Positions 25,134 through 39,138 of a DNA stretch of 64,000 nt are shown here, piece after piece. How positions within the stretch are numbered: the first letter of the stretch is position 1; each line of letters opens with the position of its first letter. The DNA is from Dimorphilus gyrociliatus (lineage: Eukaryota > Animalia > Annelida): positions 1-64,000 of the forward strand of contig CAJFCJ010000060.1 of assembly GCA_904063045.1 (NCBI GenBank), given 5' to 3'. Below the pieces are notes generated by a model. It saw only the letters and a list, made by a program, of their open reading frames with translations. It was not told the DNA's origin and searched no databases. Both the position numbers and the translations under genes were made by a program.

Positions 25134-26164
25134 TATGAAAGTTGAATAATCTGATTGCTAGATTCAACGGTGAAATAAAAAAAAGGAAAAATTTAAACAT
25201 TAAAATAATCCACTCCTTGTCACTTTAAAAATTCATTTGTTGTCAGCTAAACATAAAATATTCATAATTATCCATTAAATGAGATTTTTCTTTGTTCCCT
25301 TGTTTGTATTGGTAAAGAAACTTCAAATTACTTCTAGTTTTTTAAAGCGGTAACAAAGACAATGATAAAAAATTGATGTTCAAGCAGAATTTTTCTCTCC
25401 TATTTTCCTCCCAACTATTAAATATTGAATTTTGACCTATGGTTTAAACAATAAATATTCAAAACAATATAATAAGAGGAGAAAGAATTTACACTGCTCT
25501 TGTACAACATTTGTTATATTTGATGCTTATGAGTAGAACCAGAACTGTTAATTGTTAAAAATACATAAAATAGCTAAGTAAAGCAGTGCACTGTATTGTA
25601 ATTGTGGGAGTTTCTAGTCCCGGTCTATTTTTCTCCACAAACAATCTTTTGCCATTATTAATTTCATTAAGATAAGCCATTCTCCTCACATTTTCTTTAT
25701 AATTGTCCTTAAACTATGAGGTTAGAATTAAACATTTTGACATTGACCTTGACATTTACATTGTGTAAATAATTCATTTCTAAAATAGTAAAATATTCAT
25801 TTCCATATATCACCTTTATACTTTTTCCAACATTTCTGGATTATTCTTAGCATTATGAATCAAAATCTGTTTTTCCGCCTTTTAACTCTTTCTTCCTATA
25901 TTTGACAGAAAAATACTTTCCCCAAATCCTGGTGACATTGAACTTGATATTAAGTAATCCTTCTTTCTTGTGTTTAGTAAGGCCATTGAACTGTTATTTC
26001 AAAAGTTTTTTCTGCAAAGAAAAAAACTAATGATTTTTAAAAATTTAAAAATAAACACAATTCTACTTTTCCAATGTTGAACAAGTAGAAAGGTCCTAGT
26101 GGATGTTGGTTCCAGTTCATCCTGCCAGGCTGAAGGTAGATGTTTGGAGTGAAACAATCAGGAT

Positions 26165-26692
26165 TTATCTTAGGTACAATCGAAAAGTTTCAAACTATGT
26201 GCTGTAATTTTAAAATGGCTCAGCTACTATCATTGATACTGTCCAATTGTCTTAGTAAATTAGTAAACTTTCATTGTGCAAACTTTCATTCGATTCTGTT
26301 GAGCCATTACAAATTTATTTTGGTGTAAGCAACTGCAAGTCATGTGCATATTGTTCTGATCAACAACAAATCATTGCATTTTTAGTGCATGAGAAGGTCT
26401 CTTCAAAACAAATTTATAAGTGGTTAAAAAGCTAATTTGGGGATGAAACTCTGAGTGAATGTTCCATAAGAAGGTGGGTTTCTGACATAAAAAAGGGAAG
26501 AAAAAATTTGGAGAATTCCCAAGATCTGGTTGTCCAAGGACAGCTGTAACAAGTCAGAACAGAGAAACAATTGACAGGCTTATCAGAGAAGATTGGACCA
26601 TTTCTCAGAGAGAAATCGCCAAAAAATTAGAAATTTGTAAAGAGGCTGTAGGAAAAATTATAAAGGAGCTGGGGTACAGAAAGATCTATGCA
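26165..26692 (+). mobile_element. 5' half of a mariner element (end sequence plus HTH region), truncated by an LTR fragment
   Basis: IIAFLVHEK..SKQI...FGDETLSECSIRRWVSDIKKGRKNLE...SGCPRTAVT...IDRLIRED..ISQREIA..L...LGYRKI; preceded by a 70-bp LTR piece at 26090-26160. Confidence 0.75.
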
Positions 26693-26991
26693 TGATAACC
26701 CTTGACCCTGTTTGTTGTGAACAACCCTTATCTGGAGTTAGACCCTTGTTGTTGACACCAATGGCACAAACAACTGATAAGGAATTGTATATAAGACAGG
26801 GTGTAGGTAGTAACAGGCATTCAGTCCTGAATCAACCCTCTTAGTCAACAGGTCTAGTATTACTTTAGAATAGAGTTTTATTGTTTTTACAAATTGCTTC
26901 TATATTCATCTTTATTCAATTCTACATCTCTTCTAAGTGGCTTATTCCTAATTTGATTTAATTTGGACCAGTACTTACTTACAACCCTATA
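26693..26991 (+). mobile_element. 3' part of an LTR of the 33.9-39.7 kb element family
   Basis: Near-identical to 39428-39728. Confidence 0.88.
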
Positions 26992-26994
26992 GCT

Positions 26995-27560
26995 ATGATG
27001 ACAGGACTCTACATCATTGTTGGTTCCGATGGTCACTTGGTAGATTGACCAATTATTTACTTTCCAAATATTATTTCTAATAAAGTAAAGTTTCTTTCAA
27101 AATAGTTCAAAAAATCCAGAAATAAATTTTTCTCAACAAGTTCTCTTTTAGAAGTTTTGAATTGTCTTTTAATGATATTAGCAGGTAAGAATGGTAGAGA
27201 GATTATTTTTCACCTCCATAATTTTTTTCTTTATAATCTTTTACTCATCCAAGATGCTGCCCTAAATAAAAAAAATTTTGTAATTCTCAAATGACTATTT
27301 ATACAATGAATACTTGTATTTTCTTAAAAACTGCACTTTTAAAATGATAAACACATCCTTGAATTGTTGTTTTTGGAAACATTTCTTTGACTTTTTCTTT
27401 CTTTTGCTCATTTACACAGCAAGCAGTTGAATTTTCAGTTTCAGAGAATTCTATATCTGTTATCTCATTTTGTCCAAAGACCATTGCAGTTCTTATTTCA
27501 AGCTCATTACAATATTTCAGTTCATTCCTATTGTCCAGTTCAATACCATTTTCCAGCTTC
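26995..27560 (-). mobile_element. Degenerate MULE transposase relic
   Basis: EMFPKTTIQGCVYHFKSAVFKKIQ followed by a GT intron; WSIYQVTIGTNNDVE. Confidence 0.7.
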
Positions 27561-28080
27561 TTTTCATTTTTCCTTTATATCTGTAGTCTAAATATCAATA
27601 AACCACTATTTCTAAGTGTACAGGAGGCGATGACTCATCTAGTTATCTATTCTCAGATTTATATTTAAGATATATTAGCCACTTTAATAATATCAAACTA
27701 TTGTCTATATGACAACAATAACAACAGAACTAAGTAAAAAGATATTTCTTTTATTATTCATGAAACATTATTTAAAATTTCATTTTAAAACCAGCAAAAC
27801 AAAACATACGAAAATGTTAAGGAGGAAATGAGAGTAGTTAATCTGCTGGTTTCCCCTAAACCAAATTGGTATTTAGTAGTATAAATTTACAGGAAGTAGT
27901 ATTCCCCTTCAACTGCCTCAGGTATAATTAATTCTAAGTTTGTTGTTTAGTATATATTCTACATAGTACAAGGTTTGTCTGTCAGTTGAATATATAATGG
28001 AGAATCTAACTCTATCCACAAATGAAATAGATGTGAAAAAATTCACTCCATATTTGATTTATATGTCAATTACTATCATT

Positions 28081-30043
28081 TTAGGATTTCTGGCAATTCT
28101 TTCCTCTAAATCCAGGTGGGCATTCACATACATAAGACAATTTGCCATGGTGACGACACACACCATTGTTTTGGCATGGATTTGAGCTGCACATATCAAT
28201 TGATTCAGTAGCCATAGCATTAGTCTTTGTCAAGCCTAATCTATGACATTCCCCACAGCATCTCTTGTCATACTTTCTAAAACAATATTCTGGAAATATT
28301 GAAATCAGAGCTTTACAAGTTGTTATCCTTGACCTTCCATATATGATATTTAATGGTGTATCAGTACAACCAGGTGGTACAGTTCTTATCAAAGCTTGTC
28401 CACCTGTACAATTACGTGCAAACCGCATGTTTTTATAAAGATTAAACTGTGAAGAACGAATACATCTGTGCTTATAGCATTGTTTTCCATCCCCACAAGA
28501 GCTTCCATCTTCTGCTCCAGGGTTTGAAATGAAGCAGCTTGGTCCCTTATCACATATCAGTTCATGACAATCATCAGTTCTGTGGCTTGAACATGCCCAG
28601 GTATTTGCAATTGCTCCATTTCCATACCTTAATATACATTGTTCAGTTTTTGAATATTTGAGTCCTGGATATTTAACATCAGAGGTAATTTCGTCCTTGT
28701 TGAATGCATCATGGCCACATACTTTATTCATCACACATACTCTTGGAAATCCATCTCGGGTATTTCCAATAATTGTATTATACATTGCATCAATTGAGCA
28801 TTGACTGAATATAAAAAAATGACTAATTTTAGAAAGAGGAAAACTTTCACCTCCAGGATTCATTATCTTTTCTGCACTGGCTGGACAAGCTGCATTAGAT
28901 CTTGATCCATCATGTCCAGATCCAAGATTATGTGCAAGTTCATGAGCAGCAGTAGACCAAGATCTCATGTTAATAAACTCATTAATTGAAACACCCCTCC
29001 TTGTACAGACTCCATGCATAAAAGCCAATCCAATTACATCACCATAATCATATACATCTTTTTTTGTCCAGACAAAAGTATGATCCCAATCCATAAAATC
29101 AGCTCCATTAGTATTTTCTTTGTTGTCCATCCAATCAGAAATCTTTCTCAGTGCTACAAGTCCAGAAATTGCTTCTCTGTCACCAATGTTGGGTAAATTT
29201 AATGGAGGAGGTCCATCTGTAAATGGGCAGTTTTCCCTATGCCTCAATATGATAAATTTTTTAGCATATACAGATATCATATATCTTGGATCATTGATTC
29301 TTCTATAAACAAGATCAACACCATTTAGTAAATGAATAAACTTGTATCTCAAAGCTTTAACAGCTTCATCTTCACCTTTGTTTCCAGTTGACTCAACAAA
29401 GTGATTCCATACTGTATAGTCAATGATGCTCACTGTTTCAACATGAAAATGAGGTTTTTTGACAACAGCTCTTTTCATATCTTCCTGAATTTTATCAATG
29501 TTCAAGGGATAAGTGTCCAATGATCTTTCAGAGGGGGAAAGAATTTCAAGAATATGTTCATCATCTTCACCACCACTCCTTGGAGAAATGAATACTTGGA
29601 GGCCATTATGTTCAAATTTTCCTTCAATTGCTCGCTTCACTTTACCATCAATAATATCTTCAGACACCATAACTGCAGCCCAGTATTTGTATCTTGATAA
29701 GGGTGCACTCCATGAAGATAACCTCTCGCCACATCCCGATTTTCAAATTCAATTTTCAAGTTGGGGTTCATGTTTGTATTTCTTTTGAGTTGAAGATTAA
29801 CAATATCATCATTAAGAGGAATACCAACACTAATATCGTAAGGATCATCCAGCGATCGTTGATAAATTCTCTCAAAATTATTGATTTTCACAATTTTTTG
29901 TTCTGTTAAAATAAAATATTTTTTTTGGAAAGATATAAAATACACATTTCCTCTCCCTCCCCTTTTTATAGTTGATAAATTTTTCACTACTTACCATTAG
30001 CTGTTATACAACCAACAAAGGATAAAATCAGGAAGAATTTCAT
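28081..30043 (-). CDS. ADAMTS-like M12B (reprolysin) metalloprotease: signal, prodomain, catalytic, ADAMTS Cys-rich, six-Cys module, EGF; one apparent frameshift
   Basis: MKFFLILSFVGCITA signal, one GT-AG intron (~29995-29905), HELAHNLGSGHD zinc motif, KIMNP Met-turn, PG..YS..EQC...YG and AEDGSSCGDGKQCYKHRC, C-terminal EGF CSSNPCQNNGVC...CECPPGFRGKNC; frame change at a GGG near 29680. Confidence 0.88.
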
Positions 30044-31124
30044 GATTGTTGATTTTCAAATGTACAGCAATAACAGATTATGTAATGATTGAAAATTTTC
30101 TTTGTCTCTCTCACATTTTATAACATTTTGTAAAATATTTTTTAAGTATAATTTTTTAATTTTAATGGATTTTATTTCATTGTTTAATTGTTTCCTTTTA
30201 TTGCTTGTTTTGTAAAAAATTATCATTCAGAAATTTTTTTTTCTATTTATGAATGAAAAAATTTAAATAAATGTAAAAAAGAATAAAAAAACATAAAAAT
30301 GATATCCTGGTGATATTTTATAATATGGAGATAAGGTATGAGTTTTACTCTCCAAGGTCATTATAAACTGGAGCAAAAAGTGGTACCCTATTGAAAAATA
30401 CACATAAAATTTAATCTTTAATCACTATCAATAGAATCTCTATCATTATCAATCTATTGAATTTTTAATATGCATTTTCAAACTGGCTACAGGAGATTGA
30501 CCTTGCAAACTGTCATTATTAAAAAGATTTAATATATAAAAGTTAACATTTTATAGAACATTCAAATTCAGCTCATAGGTTCTACCTGAAAAGTACCTGT
30601 GTAACAGAAACTGGTAAGACTCTTTACATATTAACATTTATAATTTCAGTTTTCATCACACAAAAATATCTTGAATTCTGAGGTTGTTGAGACAACAATA
30701 ACAACAATAAATCCTAGTATAAGTACCAGTTGTATTGACTGGGTAAAAAATAAAATAATATACTCAAACACAGACAAAAAATAATAAATTCAATTCAATG
30801 CATAAAATATTTACTGTATACTTAAAAGAAGTTATAGACTGATAATTTGAATTATGAATTTGGAACACAAGTAGAACATTTACTTTTATAGAATTACAAT
30901 TGTGGAATACACAAATAATAGAAAATTTTGCATGTGAAATAAAATACCATTCCATTTTATCAGGATGCAATAATCATGGTATTCAAGGATGAGAAAATGT
31001 TGTAGAACTGTTTATTCTTTCAGCACTTTTATAAATAGATTACTCCACGAAGGGAATTTGGCAAGAATTCATGTAAAATTGTTAAGTGAGGGAAAGATTG
31101 TTTCAGAATTAAAAGCAAAAAGTA

Positions 31125-32077
31125 TGTACTTTGTTCTATTGTAATTGTAGGAAGTCCTAGCTCGTTGCTATCAAATTCGTCCTCTCCAATCATTTACCAA
31201 TGTGCCAAAGTACTGGTCCAAATAGAACCTTTCAAGTTCGTCCACAAGTAGTCTTAATAAATGTAATTCCAGTAAAAATTAACCAACAAACACCAGTATT
31301 TCATTCAAAGAATATGTATTTGAGTAAATGAGTTTCTAGTTCTAAACAAGCAAGTTTGAACAACCAGCTGATGGTTAGAAAACTGAACTGACTACTGTTA
31401 AATTCGTAGGGTTTATATACTTTTCCAATAGTTCACAGTTCACAGATAAAAATATTCACACAAACAAATGTAACAATTTGGATAAAGGGAAAGTTCAAAT
31501 ATACTTCCATGTTTGTTACTTTTTCTTTATCTTGGAGAACTTTTGCTCCCTATTTTAGTAGGTCAGAAAGTTGCCTAAGATGTAACAATTATTAATAGAA
31601 GTTGGATTGATTCCTAAACACAAAAATAGGGAAAGGTCAACTTGATGCCGTTTTAATATACAACAAATTATTAATAATAATTGCTTGTGTAAGATAATAT
31701 GTTTCTGTGTAAAGGACTGGTAGGATAAAAGTATTAAACTTAATCATCTAATATAGTATTGTGCATACAATACTGTTCAAAAGTGACAAAAATCTAAAAG
31801 CTCCAAATATAAATAGAATAGTGGAAGATATAATTAATATTCATTAAATATGATGTGTATAATAATTAGGGTTAACATCTAAGTTGTAAAATACTTTTAC
31901 AACTTAGTTTAAATAGTGTATGTTGTAGTTTTAGGCATGTAGACTACTCAATAATACTCTTTCAATATTGCTTTCCATTGATGAATGAAATGTAACAATT
32001 TGGGTGTATTGTGTGCATTTGTGAGCCTGGTTATAAGCTTATGTGTTTAGTACCTACGAACTGCCTAAATGTGTACA
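31125..32077 (-). mobile_element. LTR, inverted near-identical copy of 56456-57396
   Basis: Full-length reverse-complement match; TG...CA termini; flanks aagta/gtgat do not form a TSD. Confidence 0.93.
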
Positions 32078-33910
32078 GTGATCAAGATCAAAGAGTTGAC
32101 ATTCAGGATGAAGTATCATTTGATACAAGCAAGGAAATAAGTGTTTATGAAGCAAATGAAAATGATTTTGAAATTGTCAAGAATGGAAGTAAAAGAGGAA
32201 AAGATATTTTATTGCATAATAATTTTTCCCTCTCACTAAAAACAAAAAGCTCTAACATTTGGAGGTGTTCACAAAGATCTACAAATGAGACCTGTAATGC
32301 TTATATTATTCAAAAAGGTTCAAAATTTCTAATAAAAAATTATCATAATCATTCTAATTCTGGAAAGAATTTAAAACAAAGCATAAAAGCAAGACTTCAT
32401 TTAAAGTTTTTCTTACCTTGGAAAGAAATGAAAAGTCTGGAAAATGTTTAGCTGAAGATACTGCAATGGAATTTTGTAATTCAATTAAAAGTTTGCCTAC
32501 AATTGAATCATTTAAAAGAACAGCAAATAGATACAAACAAAACCTTAGACCTAAGCACCCAGAAGAATTATTTTTTCAACTAGATATGAATGAAATACCC
32601 AAACAATTTTCAGTGCAAGATATTCAAGGAAAAAACCATAGAAACATAATTTTTGGTACCAGTCATCAAATTAGCTTATTGTCCAAATGTAAAATATGGT
32701 TTGTTGATGGAACATTTAAAGTTGTTAGACCCCCATTCTATCAACTATTTTCCATACATGGCTTCATTAAGAAAAAGGATGAATATCATCAAGTTCCACT
32801 TTTGTTTGTCTTAATGAGCGGAAAGAAGAAGAAACACTACTTGGAAGTTTTCAGAGTGAGTAATTAAAAAAACTTGCTTAAGAAAAAATACAAAATTATT
32901 CTGTTCTTGAAGGAAATAGAAAGTATAATGATGGAGAATAAACTGCAAAAGCTTGTATTAGACTTTGAGGCAGGCTTGTGGAAAGCAGTTACTGAAATTT
33001 CTCCTGAAGTTGATTTACAAGGATGTGCTTTCCATTTTAAGCTATCAATTTTCAGAAACATTCAGGTATAATTAATTCAAAATTAAATTATAAATAATTT
33101 TTAGCCTTTTTTTTGCAGAAGCTGGGTTATATCAATGACTATAATAATAAAAACTATGGAGGAAAAATGCTGAGAAAACTCATGTGTCTCTCATATATCC
33201 CACATAAATGCATTGTTTCAACATTTAATGAAATAAAGTATGAACTCTTAGAGAAAAATTTATATGGAGATTTATTAGATTATATGGAAAGGACCTATAT
33301 CTATAGCAACATTTGGAAACCAAAGTATTGGTCTGTGTACAACATGACCATCAGAACTAATAATAATGTTGAAGGATGGCACTGCAGACTAAATACAGCA
33401 GTAAGAGCAAATGAAAATTTCTACAATCTTGTAAATGAATTAGCCAGAGAAGCTGATTTAATTACAATTTATAAGAAGCTACTTTCTGAAAACAAGTTAA
33501 AGGGAATGCAGAGAATAAAACAAGCCTACCTACAATCTAAAATATTTAATTTATGGGACAATTTGGAAACTAATAAAATCACTTTAGATAATCTTTTAGA
33601 TGGATTAGTGGAGTTAAACATTGCATGATTATTAAGTTTAATAGTAGTTGTTTGTAATTTTGTGGTTTTTTTTGTATTTTTTGCTTGTAGTGTTTTGATA
33701 TTTAACATTCTATACATCAATAGCAAATATTATTAAAGATAAACATTGTTCAAATTACAGTTTTGAATATAAATTTATAGGTTAAATTGTCCTGAAAAGG
33801 CTGAATTGTCTCAAAATTTGCTGAATTGCAAATAGGCCGAATTGTCCCAAAAACAGGCTGAATTGTCTGAAAAACAGGCTGAACTGTCCCAGGACGAATT
33901 GTCCCTACAT
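32078..33910 (+). mobile_element. FLYWCH-MULE DNA transposon, 5'-truncated by the LTR; spliced transposase with one frameshift
   Basis: FLYWCH (RGKDILLHNNF...WRCSQR...C.A...HNH), WFVDGTFK, LDFEAGL, GCAFHF, RTNNNVEGWH; introns 32856-32912 and 33066-33118; subterminal gg(c/a)(c/t)gaattgtcc repeats 33790-33905; frameshift near 32405. Confidence 0.92.
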
Positions 33911-34017
33911 CGGATCAAACAGATATTGGCACGCCTGTTGTATGACCACTTTGAATTGATCTTTGTGAGGAGGCCACCCCATTCAAGCAAAAACCATACA
34001 GATTACCACCTATAAAA

Positions 34018-36760
34018 ATGGACAAATGTAAAAAACAAATCAATGACCTATTGAAAAGTGGAATCATTAAAATAAGTAAGAGTGAATGGGCATCTCCAAT
34101 ATTGTTTGTACAAAAGAAAGAAGGAACACAAAGATTGTGTGTTGACTACAGGAAACTCAATAAGCAAACCAAGAAAAATAGATACCCACTCCCACACCAT
34201 GAAGATTTATTTGATCAACTAGGTGGAGGTAACAAATATTTCTCAGCACTTGATCTTACAAGTGCCTATCACCATATTAAAATAAAAGAAGAAGATAAAG
34301 AAAAGACAGCATTTATAACACCATTTGGCCTCTTTGAATTTAACAGGATGCCATTTGGATTGGCAAATGCTCCACCCCACTTTAGCTATGTTATGGCAAC
34401 ATTTGTTCTAAATGGAATGGATAAATTTTGTCTCAATTATATGGATGATATTTTCATTTTTACCAGCACTCTAGAAGAACATAAAGTAGCTTTGACAAAA
34501 GTGTTGAAACAAATCAAGAGAAAAGATTTCAGAATCAAACTGAGTAAATGTAACTTCCTCCAGGAATCAATCCAATTCCATGGACACAGAATAAGTGGTA
34601 ATGGAATTGCTACAGATCCAGAAAAAATTGTTAGGATCAAAGAAGCAAGCAAACCTGTGTTTGCCAACACATTACTCAGTTTTGTTGCATTTTGTGGATA
34701 CTATAGAAGGTTCATCAAAGACTTTGCAAAAATTACCAAACCCCTACGAAGTTTGATAAAGGAACATGATAAAAACCGCAGAATAAAGTGGACTAAAGAA
34801 GCTGAGGAAGCCTTTGATACCCTCAGAAGAGTGATGATAAAGCCTCCAATTCTACAGTTACCCGATTATAACAAACCTTTCTTCCTAACCACTGATGCAT
34901 CTGATTTTGCAGTTGGATCTATTTTGGAGCAGGAAACCTTTGGAGATAATGGAAAGATCAAGAGACCAGTCTCATGTGCATCAAAATTACTTATTAATTC
35001 ACACCTCAAGTATGCTGCATATCAAAAGGAAGCTTTTGCTGTTTATTGGGCAACACAGAAATTTTCACATTATCTGAGATACAAGAAGTTCTTCTTATAT
35101 ACTGATCACCAAAGTTTTGTTCAAACATTTGTTCAAAGAAAACTTAATTTAAGTACAGTAAAATGGGTAATGGTCCTTATGGATATGGAATTTGAGATAA
35201 TATACATACCTGGAAGAAATCACAGAGCTGACTGGATATCCAGAAATGGTGAAGGAAGAAATGAAATAAATTTTAAAGATTTATTAAAGAAGGAGTTATT
35301 AGAAGAAAAGGATGAGGAATCCACAACACAGCTTATGCAAAGAAAATACATAATTTCATGTAATTTTTTAGATACAGAAGATTTTCAGGACATAGATAGC
35401 AATGATGGAAGTGAGAATGATGAGGAAAATGAAGCTACAGAAATCACAATGGACTTCTCACAAGAACAAGCTAAGGATTTGGAGCTGATGAAAGTAGTTG
35501 ATAAATTAGAAGGTTTAGAAATTTCTAATGAAGAAATGGGTGAATATGCTGCTCATTTGGAAAGAATACTAATAAGAGATGATTTGGTATGGTATGTGGA
35601 AGGAACTCAACCTCTCTTAATTCTGTCAATCAAATCTCAAATAAAGCTATTTGAGCAGATGCATGGACATCCCTTATTCAGACATTATGGAATAGATACC
35701 ACTATACAAACTTGGGAATATGCATTCTGGCACACAAAACTAAAGACTAATATTAAAGACCATCTATGTCAGTGTGAAATATGTGAGCAACTAAGAGCAC
35801 CAAGCCATAGGCATGAACTGGTAGAAACACCACATCTAGTTGAGCCTCTACAAAGAATTGCTATGGATATTATTGGACCTCTTAGTGGACACAATACATT
35901 TAAACACATTCTAGTTATTGTAGATCACATGTCAAGATTTACAAATTTGTATCCTCTTAAAAGACAAACATCAGAGGAGATTCTAAAACATTTGTTTTAT
36001 AATTACTTTCCTAATTTTGGTTTACCAGAGGAAGTGTTAACTGACCAAGGAAGAAACTTCCTAAGAGAAACATTTGTTGAACTTGTCACATACCTGGGCA
36101 TAAGGAAAATCAAAACTACTGCCTTTCACAGCCAAAGCAATAGCATAGTAGCAAGAAGAAACTTAGAAGTAAGACAAGCACTGCATAAGTTACTGGTAAT
36201 AGAAGAATATACTAATTGGGTAAAGCAGTTACCAATTATTCAAAGCTCTCTTAAACAAATTCCAGTTGGAAGTACAGGGAAGACCCCCCATGAATTACTC
36301 TATGGGCTAAGAAATCGAAACATGTTGGATACATTAATAACAATTCCAAGAATAGAACCAACAACAAAATTCTTGTTTGATAGAAAGCAAGACCTTGATG
36401 AATTAAGGACAACTGCATTATGTAAATCAGTAATAAAGAAAAAGGAATACAGGGATAGAGCTAACAAAACCCTGACCAGAAAACCACCAACCTATAGTAT
36501 TGATGATTGGGTACATATTAGGAGAGAAGATATTCACAGAGGCATGGAAAGGATACCAAGCTTTAAGTGGAATGGATCATACAAGATAACAGCTATGGAT
36601 GAAGCAAACTGTCTGTATGAAGTAGAGTTGGAAGATGGCAAAAGGAAATATTATCCTGCTACAAGACTGAGATTGGCTCATAACCAAGCAAGAAATGGAA
36701 CAGTTAATCATGTTGATGCTGAAAAAAGAATAAAACCATTGAGGTTATTTCCAATCAGGG
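34018..36760 (+). CDS. pol: Pol (RT, RNase H, integrase) of lineage A; integrase catalytic E mutated
   Basis: RLCVDYRKLN, FSALDL...YH, TAFITPFGLFEF.RMPFGL.NAP, YMDD, TDASDFAVG, YTDH, HHCC, IAMDIIGP, LTDQG, SNSIVAR (E to A). Confidence 0.93.
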
Positions 36761-39138
36761 AGGTGACACCTCTCATCATGATGATATTTATCTTTCTACC
36801 ACTAGCAATGGCAAATAAATTTACAACAGGTGCTAACATCACCTTAGAATTTGTACCTCCAATTCAAAACTGCAATGGACAGCAAGTACAACAAACATTT
36901 GATTTAGCAGATCAACCTGAATGTCAAATACTGGAAAAGCCTGTCACAAACATCTTAGCCAATGTATATGAAATCAACACAGCTGATTTAGAAGTTGAAG
37001 CAGTAAAATGTATGGTGAGGAAGAGAGAGAACTACTAAATCTACTATTTTTTTGGTTCAAAGAAGCACAGAGTTGAAAAATTCATTGTAACATAGTCTGA
37101 AGAAGAATGCAGGAAAATGTATCAAGAGAAGAGAGCTTTCTCTGGGCAGAAGCTTCACAAAAGAGGAAACATTTGGACTTTTAATGAGAAAAAAGGAACA
37201 GCATATAATTACCCATCAACAACCTTAGTAACTGAATATGCCACAATCATACAAGTTGGAAAAGTGTATTGGTTACCTTACCAAAACTATGTTACAACAG
37301 ATCTTGATTTTGTAGAAGACTGTCCAGTTCAGCAATGATTTTGCCAAACCATAAATTCAGTTATTATCCTCCAATTGTTGAAGGATAATAGGATAATGGG
37401 ACAAGAATCACCATGGAAAGCAATTTCAAGAAAGGTTTCATGCATAAAATTTGCAGGATATTACTCCTGTCCTGAATATACTATTATGGATAAATATTAT
37501 AAAGACAGTTTCATAGAAGGATTTGGAGGACCAGGTACAAGAATTCTGGTTCCTATTGAAGAAAACCAACTTCTGAGAACAGATCTATCAACATCTGGGT
37601 ATCAAGATGAAGAGATTCTAGAAAATGCAGTATTCAAGTTGGCATCAGAGGAGGAAATAGCTTACTTAAAAAAGTATCAGTCAAAGAGTCTAATGCTATG
37701 GAATGCTCTTCAGAAGGATCATGAAAGCATACCCACATTTAGAGATTGGTACAGGGAAGGAGATAGAACATATCATATGATGATTCAAATACCTGGTCAT
37801 GCTGTAGTAAGAATATATCAGTTAAGACAACCTATAGCATCAGATGTGTGGAGCATTAAAAATGCATACATTGGGCATATGGTGAAGAAAGTAACATTGC
37901 CCATTGCAAAGGAATCAAGAGAAGAAGAGTACAAAGTTACCCACAAATTTGTTGAAGAAAAACTGTTGCCAAAAATAGATGTTTGGTTTCAAGGACCTCA
38001 AGGAAGGCAGTTCAAGTTGAGTAAGAGAAAAATAGGATATCTCCTACTACAAAGAGTTGCAAAATCAGAGGAGGAGAAAGAGGTGAAAAGAAAATTAACA
38101 AAAGTAGAACAAGGGTACATGGAAGAACCCATAAACATTAAAGAGGCAGTGCGAATGGCAGCATTTCTAAAATCAGTTGATAGAAATTTCATGAACTTGC
38201 AACAAACTTTCAACCAGCTCTCAGGAATGTTATGTAGAGCATTCGTGCAGAGGAATAGAATGATAACACTATTAAGCCCTATCTCACCACAGTTACCTAT
38301 AGTTATATCAGAAGAAAAGGGAACTCACAGCACTTGGCTGGGAGATCTCACAACAATTAATTATTGTACACAACACAAGTCTATTCAGATCATATGTGAC
38401 ACAGAAATTATTGTAAAAAATGGAAAATGCTCAAAGCAGCTGCTGGCCAAGTACAAGGAATTAATATTCTCTGTGGAACCTATAACCAATCAGATTCGTG
38501 AAATCCATTTAAAAGATATAATATATGGTGAATGTGATTCTGAGCAAAATCTGTTCAAGGTGAAAGATAATCCTTTGGATAGCCAAGATAGCAATAAACA
38601 AAAAGTCTTCATTCACTACTCTACAAATGGATGCAAATTTAGGAAAGTGGTTGCTCAATCAATAAGATTAAAAATTGCAAACAAACTGAAGGAACCTCAA
38701 TTGGATATAGAAAGACTTTCAGAACTTCTAAAATTGGGCATTAAAGAAGATATTGGAAAGAAAAGTGTACAGCTAGAACAAGTCTTGGACTACATGACAA
38801 ATAAGTTGGATCAACACTCAGATCAATTAAATTATGCAAAGCAAATTGGCATTGACCCTTCAGTAACAAAAACTGGAAGATATTTTATGGCATGGGTGAA
38901 TAAACCACTACAAACTATTATTAATTTCCTTATTCCTGCAACAGCAATGGGTGCAATTGGAACAATATTGTATTGGATAAAAACAAAACAGATTCACAAA
39001 AACATAATGCAAGGAATACTGAACAGATTTAGAAGGACAAAAGATATCCAATCCATTGAAGAAGGTCAACCCTTGAAGATTGTCAGCAGCAGGAAGGGAC
39101 AAGTTGTTATTGCCAATGTTGAGCCATCAGTGGAATGA
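36760..39138 (+). pseudogene. env: Env-like class III fusion glycoprotein, in frame with pol, three premature stops
   Basis: Internal signal LIMMIFIFLPLAMA; AVKC...YYFFGSK...EECRK; LC...RNRMITLLSPISPQLP...STWLGDLTTINYC; C-terminal TM; ORFs at 34018, 37117 and 37375 share a frame and the stops align with Y/L/K of lineage B. Confidence 0.85.

Noticed and set aside
37036-37338. Stop-codon readthrough controlling env expression in lineage A
   Set aside because: Three different stops align with sense codons in lineage B and fall inside the fusion-domain region, so they are ordinary nonsense mutations
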